Shown piece by piece: positions 28,865 to 38,160 of a stretch of 64,000 bases of DNA. Below the pieces are notes generated by a model. That model saw only the letters and a program-made list of their open reading frames with translations. It did not search any database and was not told where the DNA came from. The DNA is from Clostridium sp. (GTDB lineage Bacteria; Bacillota; Clostridia; Lachnospirales; Lachnospiraceae), in NCBI GenBank assembly GCA_031275405.1, contig JAISOV010000022.1, forward strand, positions 135 to 64,134, given 5' to 3'. Both the position numbers and the translations under genes were made by a program. Each line of letters starts with the position of its first letter. Position 1 is the stretch's first letter.

Positions 28865-29956
28865 CTACGCCCCCAGCTCGCAGAAGATAATGCAGTTGGG
28901 CGCGGGAACCTCCTCTTTCGGCCCGTTCATCACGATCACCCCTTTTTCCAGATCCGCGGTAAAGAAAGTCATATGCCCGGACTCATGGTTCAGCGACACG
29001 AGGAAGCGGTTCCCCGGAAACAGGGCCGCGTCCTTGGGGTACTCCCCGCTGATGGGCAGACAGAAATTCTTCGTCAGCTTCCCATCCTGGGGATCCACGT
29101 CATATACGATGACCGTGTTGTCGGACGCATTAGAACTTAACAGATAGCAGTAATCCATGGAAAATTTCAAGGCACAGGCGGTGGTGCTGTGGGCGTGGTT
29201 TTCATTTAAGGTGGAGATGCTCTGTATCTTTTCACAGTACGGGAGGCCGCCCCTTTCTTCGTAAGAGTAGACGTCGATGTAGCACTTCCACTCGTGAAGG
29301 ATATAAAGGAATCGCCCGTCCTGGGAGATCCGGATATGCCTTGGCGCGGATTCTAAATCGCTGCGGAGGATGTCCGCCAGTTTCAGCTTCCCTCTCTCGG
29401 GATCCATCCGGTAGATGTTCACGTGATCCATCCCTTGGTCGGCAACCAGCAGATAGCGGTTGTCATGGGTGATCCGGGCGCAGGTGATGTGGGGCCTGAA
29501 ATTGCGCTCGGCAATGCTTCCTAAGCCCTTGTGGTAGATCTCGTCCGTGATCTCCCCTACCTCGCCGTTTTCCCGAAGCCGCAATACCGTCAGCTTCCCG
29601 TCATGGTAGCCGGCGACGAACAGATACTGATCCCCATAATCCGTGGCCAGGTAGCAGCCGCGCATCCCGTTGATCGGGGCATGGTTGAGCAGCTCCAGTC
29701 CGCCGTCTTTCTTGATCCGGTAGGCTTCCACCCCGAAATCCGTTATGGAATACAGACACTTCCCCCGCTTGGAGAGCGTTACATAGGAAGAATTGGTGAT
29801 GGTCACCTCTCCTTTTTCCCGAAACCTCCCTTTCTCCATGTCCACGTCATAGATCCGGATGCCGTGCTTGTCTCCCATCGTATAGCTGGACACATAGGCG
29901 ACATATTTTTTCTCCGCCTCTTTCCTCTTTTCTTCCCTAAGCCCCAAACTTTCCAT
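28865..29956 (-). CDS. lactonase family protein (7-bladed beta-propeller, 6-phosphogluconolactonase-like)
   Basis: The 363-aa protein shows repeated beta-strand-rich blades with patterns such as YVSSY, LYS..DFG, YLFVAGYHDG, YLLVADQG and FLYILHE. These are typical of the Lactonase_7-beta-propeller family as I recall it. Confidence 0.7.
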   Translation of the reverse strand: MESLGLREEKRKEAEKKYVAYVSSYTMGDKHGIRIYDVDMEKGRFREKGEVTITNSSYVTLSKRGKCLYSITDFGVEAYRIKKDGGLELLNHAPINGMRGCYLATDYGDQYLFVAGYHDGKLTVLRLRENGEVGEITDEIYHKGLGSIAERNFRPHITCARITHDNRYLLVADQGMDHVNIYRMDPERGKLKLADILRSDLESAPRHIRISQDGRFLYILHEWKCYIDVYSYEERGGLPYCEKIQSISTLNENHAHSTTACALKFSMDYCYLLSSNASDNTVIVYDVDPQDGKLTKNFCLPISGEYPKDAALFPGNRFLVSLNHESGHMTFFTADLEKGVIVMNGPKEEVPAPNCIIFCELGA

Positions 29957-30000
29957 GATGACGACCGTCCTTTCGTATAGAATGCCTGCCCCTTCTAAAA

Positions 30001-30192
30001 ATATCGCTGATCAGAAGCCGCCCGGCGGCTTCTGATCAAAGGCGCGCCCTGTGCGCCGTAAATGGATGACAAGAAGCTGACCTTGCTTCTTGTAATATCG
30101 CTGATCAGAAGCTGCGAAGCGGCTCCTGATCAAAGGCGCGCCCTGCGCGCCGTAAATGGATTACAAGAAGCTGACCTTGCTTCTTGTAATAT
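30001..30192. repeat. 2 x 94-bp tandem repeat, each unit with three hairpins
   Basis: The units start at 30001 and 30095. Hairpin H1 is tgatcagaagccgc-ccg-gcggcttctgatca (14 bp). H2 is ggcgc-gccctgt-gcgcc. H3 is acaagaagc-tgacctt-gcttcttgt (9 bp). The second copy has a diverged H1 apex. Confidence 0.9.
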
Positions 30193-30461
30193 AACACAAC
30201 TCCGGATGTTATAAAATACTTTTTCACAGAATGCCCGACTCCTCCTGTAACTGCCACGAGGCGAAAGCGCCGGGCAATCGTTGCCGCTCGGCAAGGGCAG
30301 CCGAATGGATGTTATGCACACGCGCTGTCCCCGCAAGTTTGTACAAAATCCCTCTAAAATCCCTCCAAAATCCTTCAAAATATACGTTGACTTTCCCCAT
30401 GATAATGTATAGAATGATCATAATTCTGGTTTTTGCGCACATGAGAAAGGGGAGCCTATTG

Positions 30462-31535
30462 ATGAAAAAAGCGCTCGTGAACTTGGTGAATATTTCCAAG
30501 TCTTTCGACGGACAGCTGGTTCTGGACGACCTGAACCTCTATATCCGCGAAAATGAATTCCTGACCCTGCTCGGGCCAAGCGGCTGTGGAAAGACCACGA
30601 TCCTGCGTATCCTCGGCGGCTTCGAGAAGCCGGATAAGGGGCAGGTCATTTTTGACGGGAACGACATCACTTTTTTCCCCCCGAACAAAAGGCAGCTGAA
30701 CACCGTATTCCAGAAGTATGCCTTGTTCACCCATATGAACGTGGCGGAAAACATCGCGTTCGGGCTGAAAATCAAGAATAAAAGCAAGACCTATATTCAA
30801 GATAAAATCAGGTACGCCCTGAAACTGGTGAACCTGGACGATTTCGAGAACCGGATGCCGGATTCTTTAAGCGGCGGACAGCAGCAGCGGATCGCCATCG
30901 CCCGGGCGATCGTCAACGAGCCGAAGCTCCTGCTTCTGGACGAACCCTTGGGGGCGCTGGATCTGAAACTTCGCCAGGACATGCAGTACGAGCTGATCCG
31001 CCTGAAAAACGAACTGGGCATTACGTTCCTCTACGTTACCCATGACCAGGAGGAAGCGCTTACGATGTCCGATACCATCGTGGTCATGAACCAAGGCTAC
31101 ATCCAGCAGATCGGCACCCCGGAGCGTATCTACAACGAGCCGGAGAACGCGTTCGTGGCGGACTTTATCGGCGACAGCAACATCATCGGCGCGACCATGC
31201 TGGAGGATCGTCTGGTGGAGATCCTCGGCACACAGTTCGCCTGCGTGGACGAGGGCTTCGGGCGCAACAAACCGGTGGACGTGGTAATCCGCCCGGAGGA
31301 TGTGGAACTGGTGGCGCCTAAAGACGGCGCCATCGGGGGACAGGTCACGCACCTGATCTTCAAGGGCGTCCATTACGAGATGGCGGTCATGGCGGAGGGC
31401 TTTGAATGGCTGGTACATTCCACCAGAATGTGGGAAGTCGGCTCCCAGGTCGGCATCCGCGTGGATCCTTATGACATCCAGATCATGAACAAACCGGAAT
31501 CCGAAGACGAGGAGGCTGTGGGGGTGAATGAATAA
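30462..31535 (+). CDS. potA: spermidine/putrescine ABC transporter ATP-binding protein
   Basis: It has Walker [10 protein letters not shown], signature LSGGQQQR, Walker [12 protein letters not shown] and a C-terminal TOBE-like domain. potB, potC and potD follow. The ATG at 30462 follows gagaaagggga. Confidence 0.92.
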   Translation: MKKALVNLVNISKSFDGQLVLDDLNLYIRENEFLTLLGPSGCGKTTILRILGGFEKPDKGQVIFDGNDITFFPPNKRQLNTVFQKYALFTHMNVAENIAFGLKIKNKSKTYIQDKIRYALKLVNLDDFENRMPDSLSGGQQQRIAIARAIVNEPKLLLLDEPLGALDLKLRQDMQYELIRLKNELGITFLYVTHDQEEALTMSDTIVVMNQGYIQQIGTPERIYNEPENAFVADFIGDSNIIGATMLEDRLVEILGTQFACVDEGFGRNKPVDVVIRPEDVELVAPKDGAIGGQVTHLIFKGVHYEMAVMAEGFEWLVHSTRMWEVGSQVGIRVDPYDIQIMNKPESEDEEAVGVNE

Positions 31536-32343
31536 AAAAGTATTGTCCGTGCCGTATCTTTTCTGGTCCGCCTTATTCATTTTGATCCCTCTGGGGATCG
31601 TGTGCTACTACGGGCTGACCGACCGGGCGACAGGCGCTTTCACGCTGGAAAACATCCGGGCCATCGCGACCCCGGAACACTCCAAGTCGCTGTGGGCGGC
31701 AGTGCGCCTGTCCTTGGTCAGCACCCTGCTCTGTTTCGTGCTGGCTTACCCCCTGGCGCTGATCTTATGCGGCCTGAACGTGCAGCAGAACTCTTACGTC
31801 GTCCTCATTTTCATTCTCCCCATGTGGATGAATTTCCTGCTGCGCACCCTTGCGTGGCAGACGCTTTTAGAAAAGACCGGCGTCATCAACAGCCTGCTGT
31901 CCATGATAAAGCTGCCGCCGCTGACCATCATGAACACGCCCGCCGCGATCATCCTGGGCATGGTCTATAACTTTCTCCCGTTCATGGTGCTGCCGATTTA
32001 TAACGTCCTGCTCAAGATAGACAAAAATGTCCTCAACGCCGCGCGCGACCTTGGCGCCAACGGATTCCAGACCTTCTGGAAAATCACGCTCCCGCTGAGC
32101 GTTCCCGGCGTCATCAGCGGTGTCACGATGGTGTTCGTTCCCGCGCTGACGACCTTCGTCATCTCCAAGATCCTAGGAGGAGGCAAGATCCTGCTGATCG
32201 GGAACGTCATCGAGCAGGAGTTCACGCAGACCGGGAACTGGCATCTGGGCAGCGGCCTTTCCATCGTGCTGATGATGTTCATCATCTTCAATATGGTGAT
32301 CAGCGCGGTGACGGACAAAGACGGGGAGGTGAACGTGTTATGA
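31528..32343 (+). CDS. potB: spermidine/putrescine ABC transporter permease
   Basis: This 6-TM binding-protein-dependent permease has the EAA-like loop [20 protein letters not shown]. It overlaps the potA stop. Confidence 0.9.
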   Translation: MNKKVLSVPYLFWSALFILIPLGIVCYYGLTDRATGAFTLENIRAIATPEHSKSLWAAVRLSLVSTLLCFVLAYPLALILCGLNVQQNSYVVLIFILPMWMNFLLRTLAWQTLLEKTGVINSLLSMIKLPPLTIMNTPAAIILGMVYNFLPFMVLPIYNVLLKIDKNVLNAARDLGANGFQTFWKITLPLSVPGVISGVTMVFVPALTTFVISKILGGGKILLIGNVIEQEFTQTGNWHLGSGLSIVLMMFIIFNMVISAVTDKDGEVNVL

Positions 32344-33167
32344 GATATTTCAGGCAGTCCGCGCGCGACCGCTCTCTTTTCCCCGTCAAGACGACGCTGC
32401 AGCGAGTTTATGTCGCCTTGATCTTCATTTTCCTGTACGCCCCTATTTTTACGCTGATGGTGCTTTCCTTTAACGCCAGCAAGACACGGGCGAAATGGGG
32501 CGGCTTCACGCTGAAATGGTACCGCAGCCTGTTTCAGGATGAAGCGATCCTGCGCTCCCTATGGAATACTTTGTCTATCGCGCTCCTGTCCGCGCTCATC
32601 GCGACGCTGATCGGAACAGTCGCCTGTATTTCCATCGTCAGCATGAAGAAGCGTAACCGTTCCATCATCATCGGGATTACGAACATCCCTATGCTGAACG
32701 CGGAGATCGTGACAGGGATTTCCCTCATGCTCCTGTTCATCAGCCTGGGGATCAGGTTCGGTTTCCTCACCATCCTGCTGGCGCACATTACCTTCAACAT
32801 CCCTTATGTGATCCTGAGCGTCCTGCCCCGGCTGCGCCTGCTGAACCCGAGTACCTACGAAGCCGCTCTGGATCTGGGAGCCTCGCAGATCCAGGCATTT
32901 TTCAAGGTAACGTTTCCCGACATCCTGCCGGGGATCTTTTCGGGCTTTTTGATGGCGTTCACGATGTCGCTGGATGATTTCATCATCACCCATTTTACCA
33001 AAGGGCCGGGGATCGACACGCTGTCCACCAAGATCTACACGGAAGTCAAGAAAGGGATCAAGCCGGAAATGTACGCCCTGTCCACCATCATCTTTATCGC
33101 GGTGCTGGCGCTCCTGGTTCTGGTAAATTATTCCTCAAAAGGAAAGGGGGAGTCGCCCGTCTTGTAA
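32340..33167 (+). CDS. potC: spermidine/putrescine ABC transporter permease
   Basis: This second permease has the loop EAALDLGASQIQAFFKVTFP. Its start overlaps the potB stop by 4 nt. Confidence 0.9.
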   Translation: MRYFRQSARDRSLFPVKTTLQRVYVALIFIFLYAPIFTLMVLSFNASKTRAKWGGFTLKWYRSLFQDEAILRSLWNTLSIALLSALIATLIGTVACISIVSMKKRNRSIIIGITNIPMLNAEIVTGISLMLLFISLGIRFGFLTILLAHITFNIPYVILSVLPRLRLLNPSTYEAALDLGASQIQAFFKVTFPDILPGIFSGFLMAFTMSLDDFIITHFTKGPGIDTLSTKIYTEVKKGIKPEMYALSTIIFIAVLALLVLVNYSSKGKGESPVL

Positions 33168-33317
33168 ACTGGGGCTTGACACCGCGATGGGAATCCATTA
33201 GAATAACTTCCGTGATGTTTTTTTCGCAAGGGAGGAACGGAAAGCAGGTTGAACGAAACGTTTGGTATGCCCGTAAAAGACGTCTGATCGGACAAAGCGG
33301 GCGGATGGGAGCAAGGG

Positions 33318-34379
33318 ATGAAAAAATGGATGGCTGCAACGGGCTGTTTCTTAAGTGCCGCAGCGTTTTTCTGCGGCTGCGGCAGCACCGGATCCACAGC
33401 CGAAAACGGCGAAGTCTACGTGTACAACTGGGGCGAGTACGTAGACCCGGACGCGATCAAGATGTTTGAAGAGGAAACCGGTATCCGGGTGATCTACGAC
33501 GAGTTCGAGACCAACGAAGCCATGTACCCCAAAGTGGAGACCGGGGCTTCCGTCTACGACGTGATCTGCCCCTCCGACTACATGGTGCAGAAGATGATGG
33601 AAAAAAGGCTGCTGGCGGAACTGGACTATGACAATATCCCCAATGCCAAGAACATCGGCGAGGAGTATTTTGCACAGACCGCTTCTTTTGACCCGGGCAA
33701 CAAATACTGCGTCCCCTACTGCTGGGGAACGGTCGGGATCCTTTACAACCGCACCATGGTCGAGGATCCTGTCACCAGCTGGTCTATCCTCTGGGATGAG
33801 AAGTACAAGGACAATATCCTTATGCAGGATTCCGTGCGGGATGCTTTCATGGTCGCCCTGAAACGCAACGGCTTTTCCGCCAATACCCTAGAGGAAGAAG
33901 AACTGCGCATAGCCAGGGACGACCTGATCGCCCAGAAACCTCTGGTACAGGCTTACGTGATCGACCAGGTACGCGACAAGATGATCGGCGGGGAAGCCGC
34001 CCTCGGCGTGATTTATTCCGGAGAAGCCATCTATACCCAGAGGGAGAACCCGGATCTGGAGTACGTCATTCCGGACGAGGGTACCAACGTCTGGATCGAC
34101 TGCTGGGTCATCCCGAAAAACGCGCCGAATCAAGAGAACGGAGAGAAGTTCATTGATTTCATGTGCCGGGCGGACATTGCCTTGATGAACTTTGAATACA
34201 TCACCTATTCCACCCCCAACACCGCCGCCAGGGATCTGATTGAAGAGGAAGAGATTCGCAATTCGCCCATCGCTTTCCCGGATCTGTCCTTGTACCAGCT
34301 GGAAACCTTCCATTATCTCGGCGAAGCAGGGGATGAACTGTACAACCGCTTCTGGAAAGAGGTCATGTCTTCCGACTGA
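33318..34379 (+). CDS. potD: spermidine/putrescine ABC transporter substrate-binding lipoprotein
   Basis: It has a lipoprotein signal (FLSAAAFFCGC) and the PotD-like blocks VYVYNWGEYVDP, VICPSDYMV, VPYCWGTVGILYN and NVWIDCWVIPKNA. Confidence 0.9.
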   Translation: MKKWMAATGCFLSAAAFFCGCGSTGSTAENGEVYVYNWGEYVDPDAIKMFEEETGIRVIYDEFETNEAMYPKVETGASVYDVICPSDYMVQKMMEKRLLAELDYDNIPNAKNIGEEYFAQTASFDPGNKYCVPYCWGTVGILYNRTMVEDPVTSWSILWDEKYKDNILMQDSVRDAFMVALKRNGFSANTLEEEELRIARDDLIAQKPLVQAYVIDQVRDKMIGGEAALGVIYSGEAIYTQRENPDLEYVIPDEGTNVWIDCWVIPKNAPNQENGEKFIDFMCRADIALMNFEYITYSTPNTAARDLIEEEEIRNSPIAFPDLSLYQLETFHYLGEAGDELYNRFWKEVMSSD

Positions 34380-34436
34380 ACGAAAGCGGAACGGATTCGG
34401 CAGGGTCTGCGGAACAGATTCACCAAGAACAGCTGA

Positions 34437-34473
34437 ATATACCATGAGTCCGCAAAGCGGATTCATGGTATAT
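34437..34473. terminator. 17-bp-stem hairpin between the convergent potD and Cys-rich genes (terminator-like, no U tract)
   Basis: atataccatgagtccgc-aaa-gcggattcatggtatat pairs over 17 positions with one G-U pair. It lies 58 nt after the potD stop and 120 nt after the stop of the minus-strand gene. Confidence 0.5.
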
Positions 34474-34592
34474 GATCATTGATCGGAAACTGCTTCGCAG
34501 CTTCTGATACTTCACGGGATACTCCCGCTTGGCAGTCATCTCTCTGATAGTCGTCTCTTCGATAGTAATCTCTCTAGTTGCGCGCCCGGCTT

Positions 34593-34982
34593 CTAGTCCT
34601 CACTGCATCCGCAGGTGTCGGCGGAATAAGTCGGTCTGACGCCACGCGGCCTGTGTTCCGGTCTCGGGATGTCGCCCCTCCAGTTCGGAAGGTCATAATC
34701 CTCGCCATATCTGGCGCGCTGGTGAAACGTCCCTTCGTTTCCGTCACAGCCGCAGTTATCGTCGCAGCCATCATTACAGCCGTCGCCGCAGCCATCATTA
34801 CAGCCGTCGCCGCAGCTATCGTTACAGCCGCAGCCGTCATTACAGCCATCGTTACAGCCGCAGCCGTCATTACAGCCGCCACGACCGCCATAGCCTCCGG
34901 AACTTCTGCCGCAGGCGCCTCTGCCACCGCCGCCGAAGCTCCCTCCGCAACACAGTAACAACAGTAAAACAAGACAATTCAT
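34593..34982 (-). CDS. hypothetical Cys/Gly/Asn/Asp-repeat small protein (129 aa)
   Basis: The ATG at 34982 is preceded by gagaggaa with 8-nt spacing. The N-terminus is hydrophobic (MNCLVLLLLLCCGG) and is followed by a G-rich stretch. The core CNDGCGCNDGCNDGCGCNDSCGDGCNDGCGDGCNDGCDDNCGCDG follows. The protein has 19 Cys in 129 aa. Two other long ORFs overlap it (one + strand, one - strand) but lack an RBS. Confidence 0.55.
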   Translation of the reverse strand: MNCLVLLLLLCCGGSFGGGGRGACGRSSGGYGGRGGCNDGCGCNDGCNDGCGCNDSCGDGCNDGCGDGCNDGCDDNCGCDGNEGTFHQRARYGEDYDLPNWRGDIPRPEHRPRGVRPTYSADTCGCSED

Positions 34983-35104
34983 AGGTTAAATTCCTCTCTT
35001 CTCAGAAATACATTTCTCCCTAGGAATGTATATTTTCCCATCTTTACTGTATTTTATTCCGCGCTTCCACAGATGTGCCAGTCCCAGGGAAAATGGAAAG
35101 GTCA

Positions 35105-37096
35105 TCACCCTCTGCTGATAAAGACCTCCACGCTCCGCGCCGGAACCTCACGGCTCCGGTCCCTCCATGGATCGGAAAGAACCGCTTTGTTTCCTCCGGC
35201 CTCCTGCGCCGCCGGGTCAAGGGCTGTCCGAATCAGGGATTCCCATTCTTTTCCTCTGGGCAGCTTAGGCAGGGCGAAGGTATGCGCTTCCCAGTGCATA
35301 TTCAAGGCAACGTAAAAATAAGCGTCTTCTTCTCCCTTGTCCAAGGCGTACTTTCCGCAGTACATGACCCCGATCTGTCTGCTGCAAGGCTCCGTCACCG
35401 GACGCCACGGCGCTTCGCCGTGGTAGGACAGATCCGGATAGCCGCAGGAAAGAGTGTCCATGATCCGCAGCTCTTCCTGCCTATGCAGGATGGGATGTTC
35501 CCGCCGGAGCCGGATCAGCCGTGCCGCAAATTCATACAGGCTCTTATTTTTATCTTTTTTCTTCCAGTTCAGCCAGGTGGTTTCATTATCCTGACAGTAA
35601 GGATTGTTATTTCCCTTTTGAGAATGCCCAAACTCATCCCCCATGACGAGAAGCGGCGTTCCCTGGGACAGGAACAGCATACTCAAAGCGTTCCGGATCT
35701 GCTTCATCCGAAGCGCCATGATCTTCTGCTTGCGGCTGCCGCCCTCTTCCCCGCAGTTCCAGGTATGGTTATCGTCCTTTCCGTCCCGGTTTTCCTCGCC
35801 GTTTTCCTCGTTGTGCTTGCGCTCGAAAGATACCATGTCCATCATCGTAAAACCATAATAATTGGTGAAATAATTAATCTGTCCTGTCTTTTCCGGATTG
35901 CGCCGCATGTGGTACAGGACATTTCCCAGCATATTTTCATCCCCTTTCAGGAAACGGCGCATATCATACATGAAATCATCCCGGTACAGGGCAAGGTTAC
36001 GGTATTTCGGCACGCGGCCCCGATAAACGCGATCGGCTTCAAAATCCGCGCTCCAAAGCTTCGTGCGGGAAAACAAGGCGTCCTGCGCCAGGAGATCCGC
36101 CGGAATCTCCTGGCCGATCAGGCGGAACCCGTCCACATGATACTCCGTCACCCAGAAACGCAGGATGTCGAACATTTCGCAGGCCGGAATTTCTTTCGGA
36201 AAATAAAACTGCATGACGATTTCCATCCCGTTCTTATGGAAGTTCTTTATCATGTCCTTAAACTCCGCAGATGGCGCCTTTCCCGCCGCGTAGCCTGCCT
36301 TGGGGGCATAGTAAAAGCCTTTTTTATAGCCCCAGTAATTCAAATGCCGTATATCCGGCCTTTGCTGTTCGCCGCCCTGCGCCGTGCCTGCCGCTCCGCC
36401 CTGCGCCATCCTGCCCTGTGCCGCTCCGCCCTGCGCCATCCTGCCCTGTGCCGTGCCGCCCCGCGCCGCCTTCTCCGGCTCCGGGAGGAACAGCGACGGG
36501 CTTTCCTTTTTCAGTTCTTCCTCCGGAGAGCATTCCAGAAATTCATAAGACGGCTGTAACTCCAAGGTCGTAATCCCCAGTCCTTTCAGATACGGAAGCT
36601 TTTCGGTCAGCCCCAGGAAAGTACCCTTGTGCTTCACGCCGGAAGAGGAATGCTTGGTGAAGCCCCGGATATGCAGTAAATAGCAGATACAGTCCTCGTA
36701 GGGAAGCTGCGGGCCACGGTCGGCTTCCCAGTCGTAGCCCTCATCCGGCAGATAAGCTTTCAGCTCCGTTTCCTCCTGCCGCTGTCCGTAGGCTTTCCTC
36801 TGGGCAAAGGCCTTCCCATAAGGATCCGGTGTTATTTGATTCCCCTCATAAAAGGAGTACGAAACCTGGGATGGTTCTGTCTGCGGAAGATATTTGCCAT
36901 AAATGTTTCCGGTTCTTTCCTCCTGGGAAAAAGGCAGCTTCCGGAGCAGCTTCCCCGTCTTTCGCTCATAGAGCAGCACGCCGCAGTCGTCCGCTTCCGA
37001 AACAAAGGAAAGATACATTCCCCCGTCCACGCGGCGCGCCCCCAAGGGATACGCCCCTCCTAGCCCTCTGTCTGTCATCCTGCCTCCATCCTGCAT
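35105..37096 (-). CDS. glgX: glycogen debranching enzyme (GlgX / GH13 isoamylase-type)
   Basis: Recognised blocks are YPLGARRVDGGMYLSF (N-domain), GITTLELQPSYEF, EIVMQFYFP, VDGFRLIG, NYFTNYYGFTMMD (for which DGFT is more usual) and PLLVMGDEFGHSQKGNNNPYCQDN. The start could instead be the internal Met at aa 7. Confidence 0.88.
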   Translation of the reverse strand: MQDGGRMTDRGLGGAYPLGARRVDGGMYLSFVSEADDCGVLLYERKTGKLLRKLPFSQEERTGNIYGKYLPQTEPSQVSYSFYEGNQITPDPYGKAFAQRKAYGQRQEETELKAYLPDEGYDWEADRGPQLPYEDCICYLLHIRGFTKHSSSGVKHKGTFLGLTEKLPYLKGLGITTLELQPSYEFLECSPEEELKKESPSLFLPEPEKAARGGTAQGRMAQGGAAQGRMAQGGAAGTAQGGEQQRPDIRHLNYWGYKKGFYYAPKAGYAAGKAPSAEFKDMIKNFHKNGMEIVMQFYFPKEIPACEMFDILRFWVTEYHVDGFRLIGQEIPADLLAQDALFSRTKLWSADFEADRVYRGRVPKYRNLALYRDDFMYDMRRFLKGDENMLGNVLYHMRRNPEKTGQINYFTNYYGFTMMDMVSFERKHNEENGEENRDGKDDNHTWNCGEEGGSRKQKIMALRMKQIRNALSMLFLSQGTPLLVMGDEFGHSQKGNNNPYCQDNETTWLNWKKKDKNKSLYEFAARLIRLRREHPILHRQEELRIMDTLSCGYPDLSYHGEAPWRPVTEPCSRQIGVMYCGKYALDKGEEDAYFYVALNMHWEAHTFALPKLPRGKEWESLIRTALDPAAQEAGGNKAVLSDPWRDRSREVPARSVEVFISRG
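36391..36450. repeat. perfect 2 x 30-bp tandem duplication inside glgX
   Basis: ccgctccgccctgcgccatcctgccctgtg occurs at 36391-36420 and again, identically, at 36421-36450. Degenerate partial copies lie on both sides. The duplication encodes GGAAQGRMAQ twice. Confidence 0.95.
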
Positions 37097-37225
37097 AAGC
37101 CCCCCTACGGGAAATGCACAGACACGTGACCGGCTGTCATTTCCACACTATGATTTCAGGAATCCTGCTTTAAGCACTCGCGCAAACGCCTGTGACCGCA
37201 CATAGCGGGCGGCGAAAGTGGCTGT

Positions 37226-37269
37226 CCGGCACGTCCTTTGCCGGATATGGCCAGTGTTCTCTGTCGGAC
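37226..37269. repeat. left copy of a ~44-bp direct repeat bracketing the AT-rich islet
   Basis: The sequence is ccggcacgtcctttgccggatatggccagtgttctctgtcggac. Compare the right-hand copies at 39119-39191. Confidence 0.7.
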
Positions 37270-37371
37270 CGTAACCGGCAAAAGATTGCTTGGCAACCGT
37301 TTTGCCTACGCGTATTATACTTTTTTTTGAGTGGAATGTAAATATTGCATAAATGTTTTTTTTAACCGGAT

Positions 37372-37430
37372 GGAAGATTGCAAGGCGACCGCCCAGTGTC
37401 CTGCGCCGGACAGTCGCCTTGCAATCTTCC
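37372..37430. other. 18-bp perfect inverted repeat (hairpin) with 23-nt loop
   Basis: ggaagattgcaaggcgac (37372-37389) pairs with gtcgccttgcaatcttcc (37413-37430). The loop ccagtgtcctgcgccggaca resembles the 3' half of the flanking direct repeat. Confidence 0.8.
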
Positions 37431-37566
37431 AGTCTTGAATTTTTTTCCAACAGTACTTGCAGAAACACTTTGAAATAATGTATACTATTTTTAGTTCATA
37501 CATCTATAAAGCAGTAATTTTATGAAACAGTAATTTTTGTGATGACTGAAAAGGAGGAACTACGAA

Positions 37567-38160
37567 ATGAGGAAAAAAATAACGGCATTCTTAATTTGTG
37601 CAATGATGTCTGTACCACAGGCAGTTCAGGCGGCAGAATATGACATAAGCGATGAAAAGCTTCAGGAACTGGCAGAAGAATTTTCTGTTGATATTGATTT
37701 ACTCCGGGAGAATATTGAATCCTTTGATGTGAATCGTGATCAATTTTCACCTTATGAGGGTGTAGGGCAAAGGAAAAGTGAGGAGAACGAAGAGTCTCCA
37801 GGAATCATACCATTTGCGATAGGCTATACATACAAGTCCAATCAAGACACCACAGCTTATGTGGCTAGCAGTACAGCAATAACATCTACAGGCGTGACGC
37901 CGCAAGTGGGGATGTGTGCGGTGAAACACACCAACGGCATTCCCTATATACCGTATGGTACTAAGCTTTTCCTAAATACAGGGAGTGTGACCATTCAAGG
38001 AAACACATATAGCTCATTTGTGGTTCAAGATTGCGGTTCCGGGAGTGGGCGGACTGATTACTGGTTTGACATTTTCTTTGGGGTCAACAATACGGCAAAT
38101 TATCATGCAGCAATTCAGTATGGTGTGATACAGAGAAGTTATCGCTATGAAACACCTTGA
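37567..38160 (+). CDS. secreted 3D-domain (MltA/RlpA-like fold) protein
   Basis: It has a signal peptide (MRKKITAFLICAMMSVPQAVQA). The C-terminal segment GMCAVKHTNGIPYIPYGTKLFLN...VVQDCGSGSG...DYWFDIFFG fits the 3D-domain pattern (AVD..IP.GT ... D.G..I.G..iDif). The gene is AT-rich. Confidence 0.65.
   Translation: MRKKITAFLICAMMSVPQAVQAAEYDISDEKLQELAEEFSVDIDLLRENIESFDVNRDQFSPYEGVGQRKSEENEESPGIIPFAIGYTYKSNQDTTAYVASSTAITSTGVTPQVGMCAVKHTNGIPYIPYGTKLFLNTGSVTIQGNTYSSFVVQDCGSGSGRTDYWFDIFFGVNNTANYHAAIQYGVIQRSYRYETP

Noticed and set aside
27017-30192. Whether the tandem repeats at 27017-27231 and 30001-30192 could be CRISPR arrays.
   Set aside because: The units are directly adjacent with no unique spacers. 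Their lengths (69 and 94 bp) are not CRISPR-like, and there are no cas genes in the window.
34574-34972. Alternative ORFs over the Cys-rich gene: 34574-34972 on the minus strand and 34578-34958 on the plus strand, both Ala/Val/Thr-rich.
   Set aside because: No Shine-Dalgarno site precedes either start, and the + strand ORF starts at a TTG. The 34982 ATG has a well-spaced GAGAGGAA. The frame choice still needs comparative confirmation.
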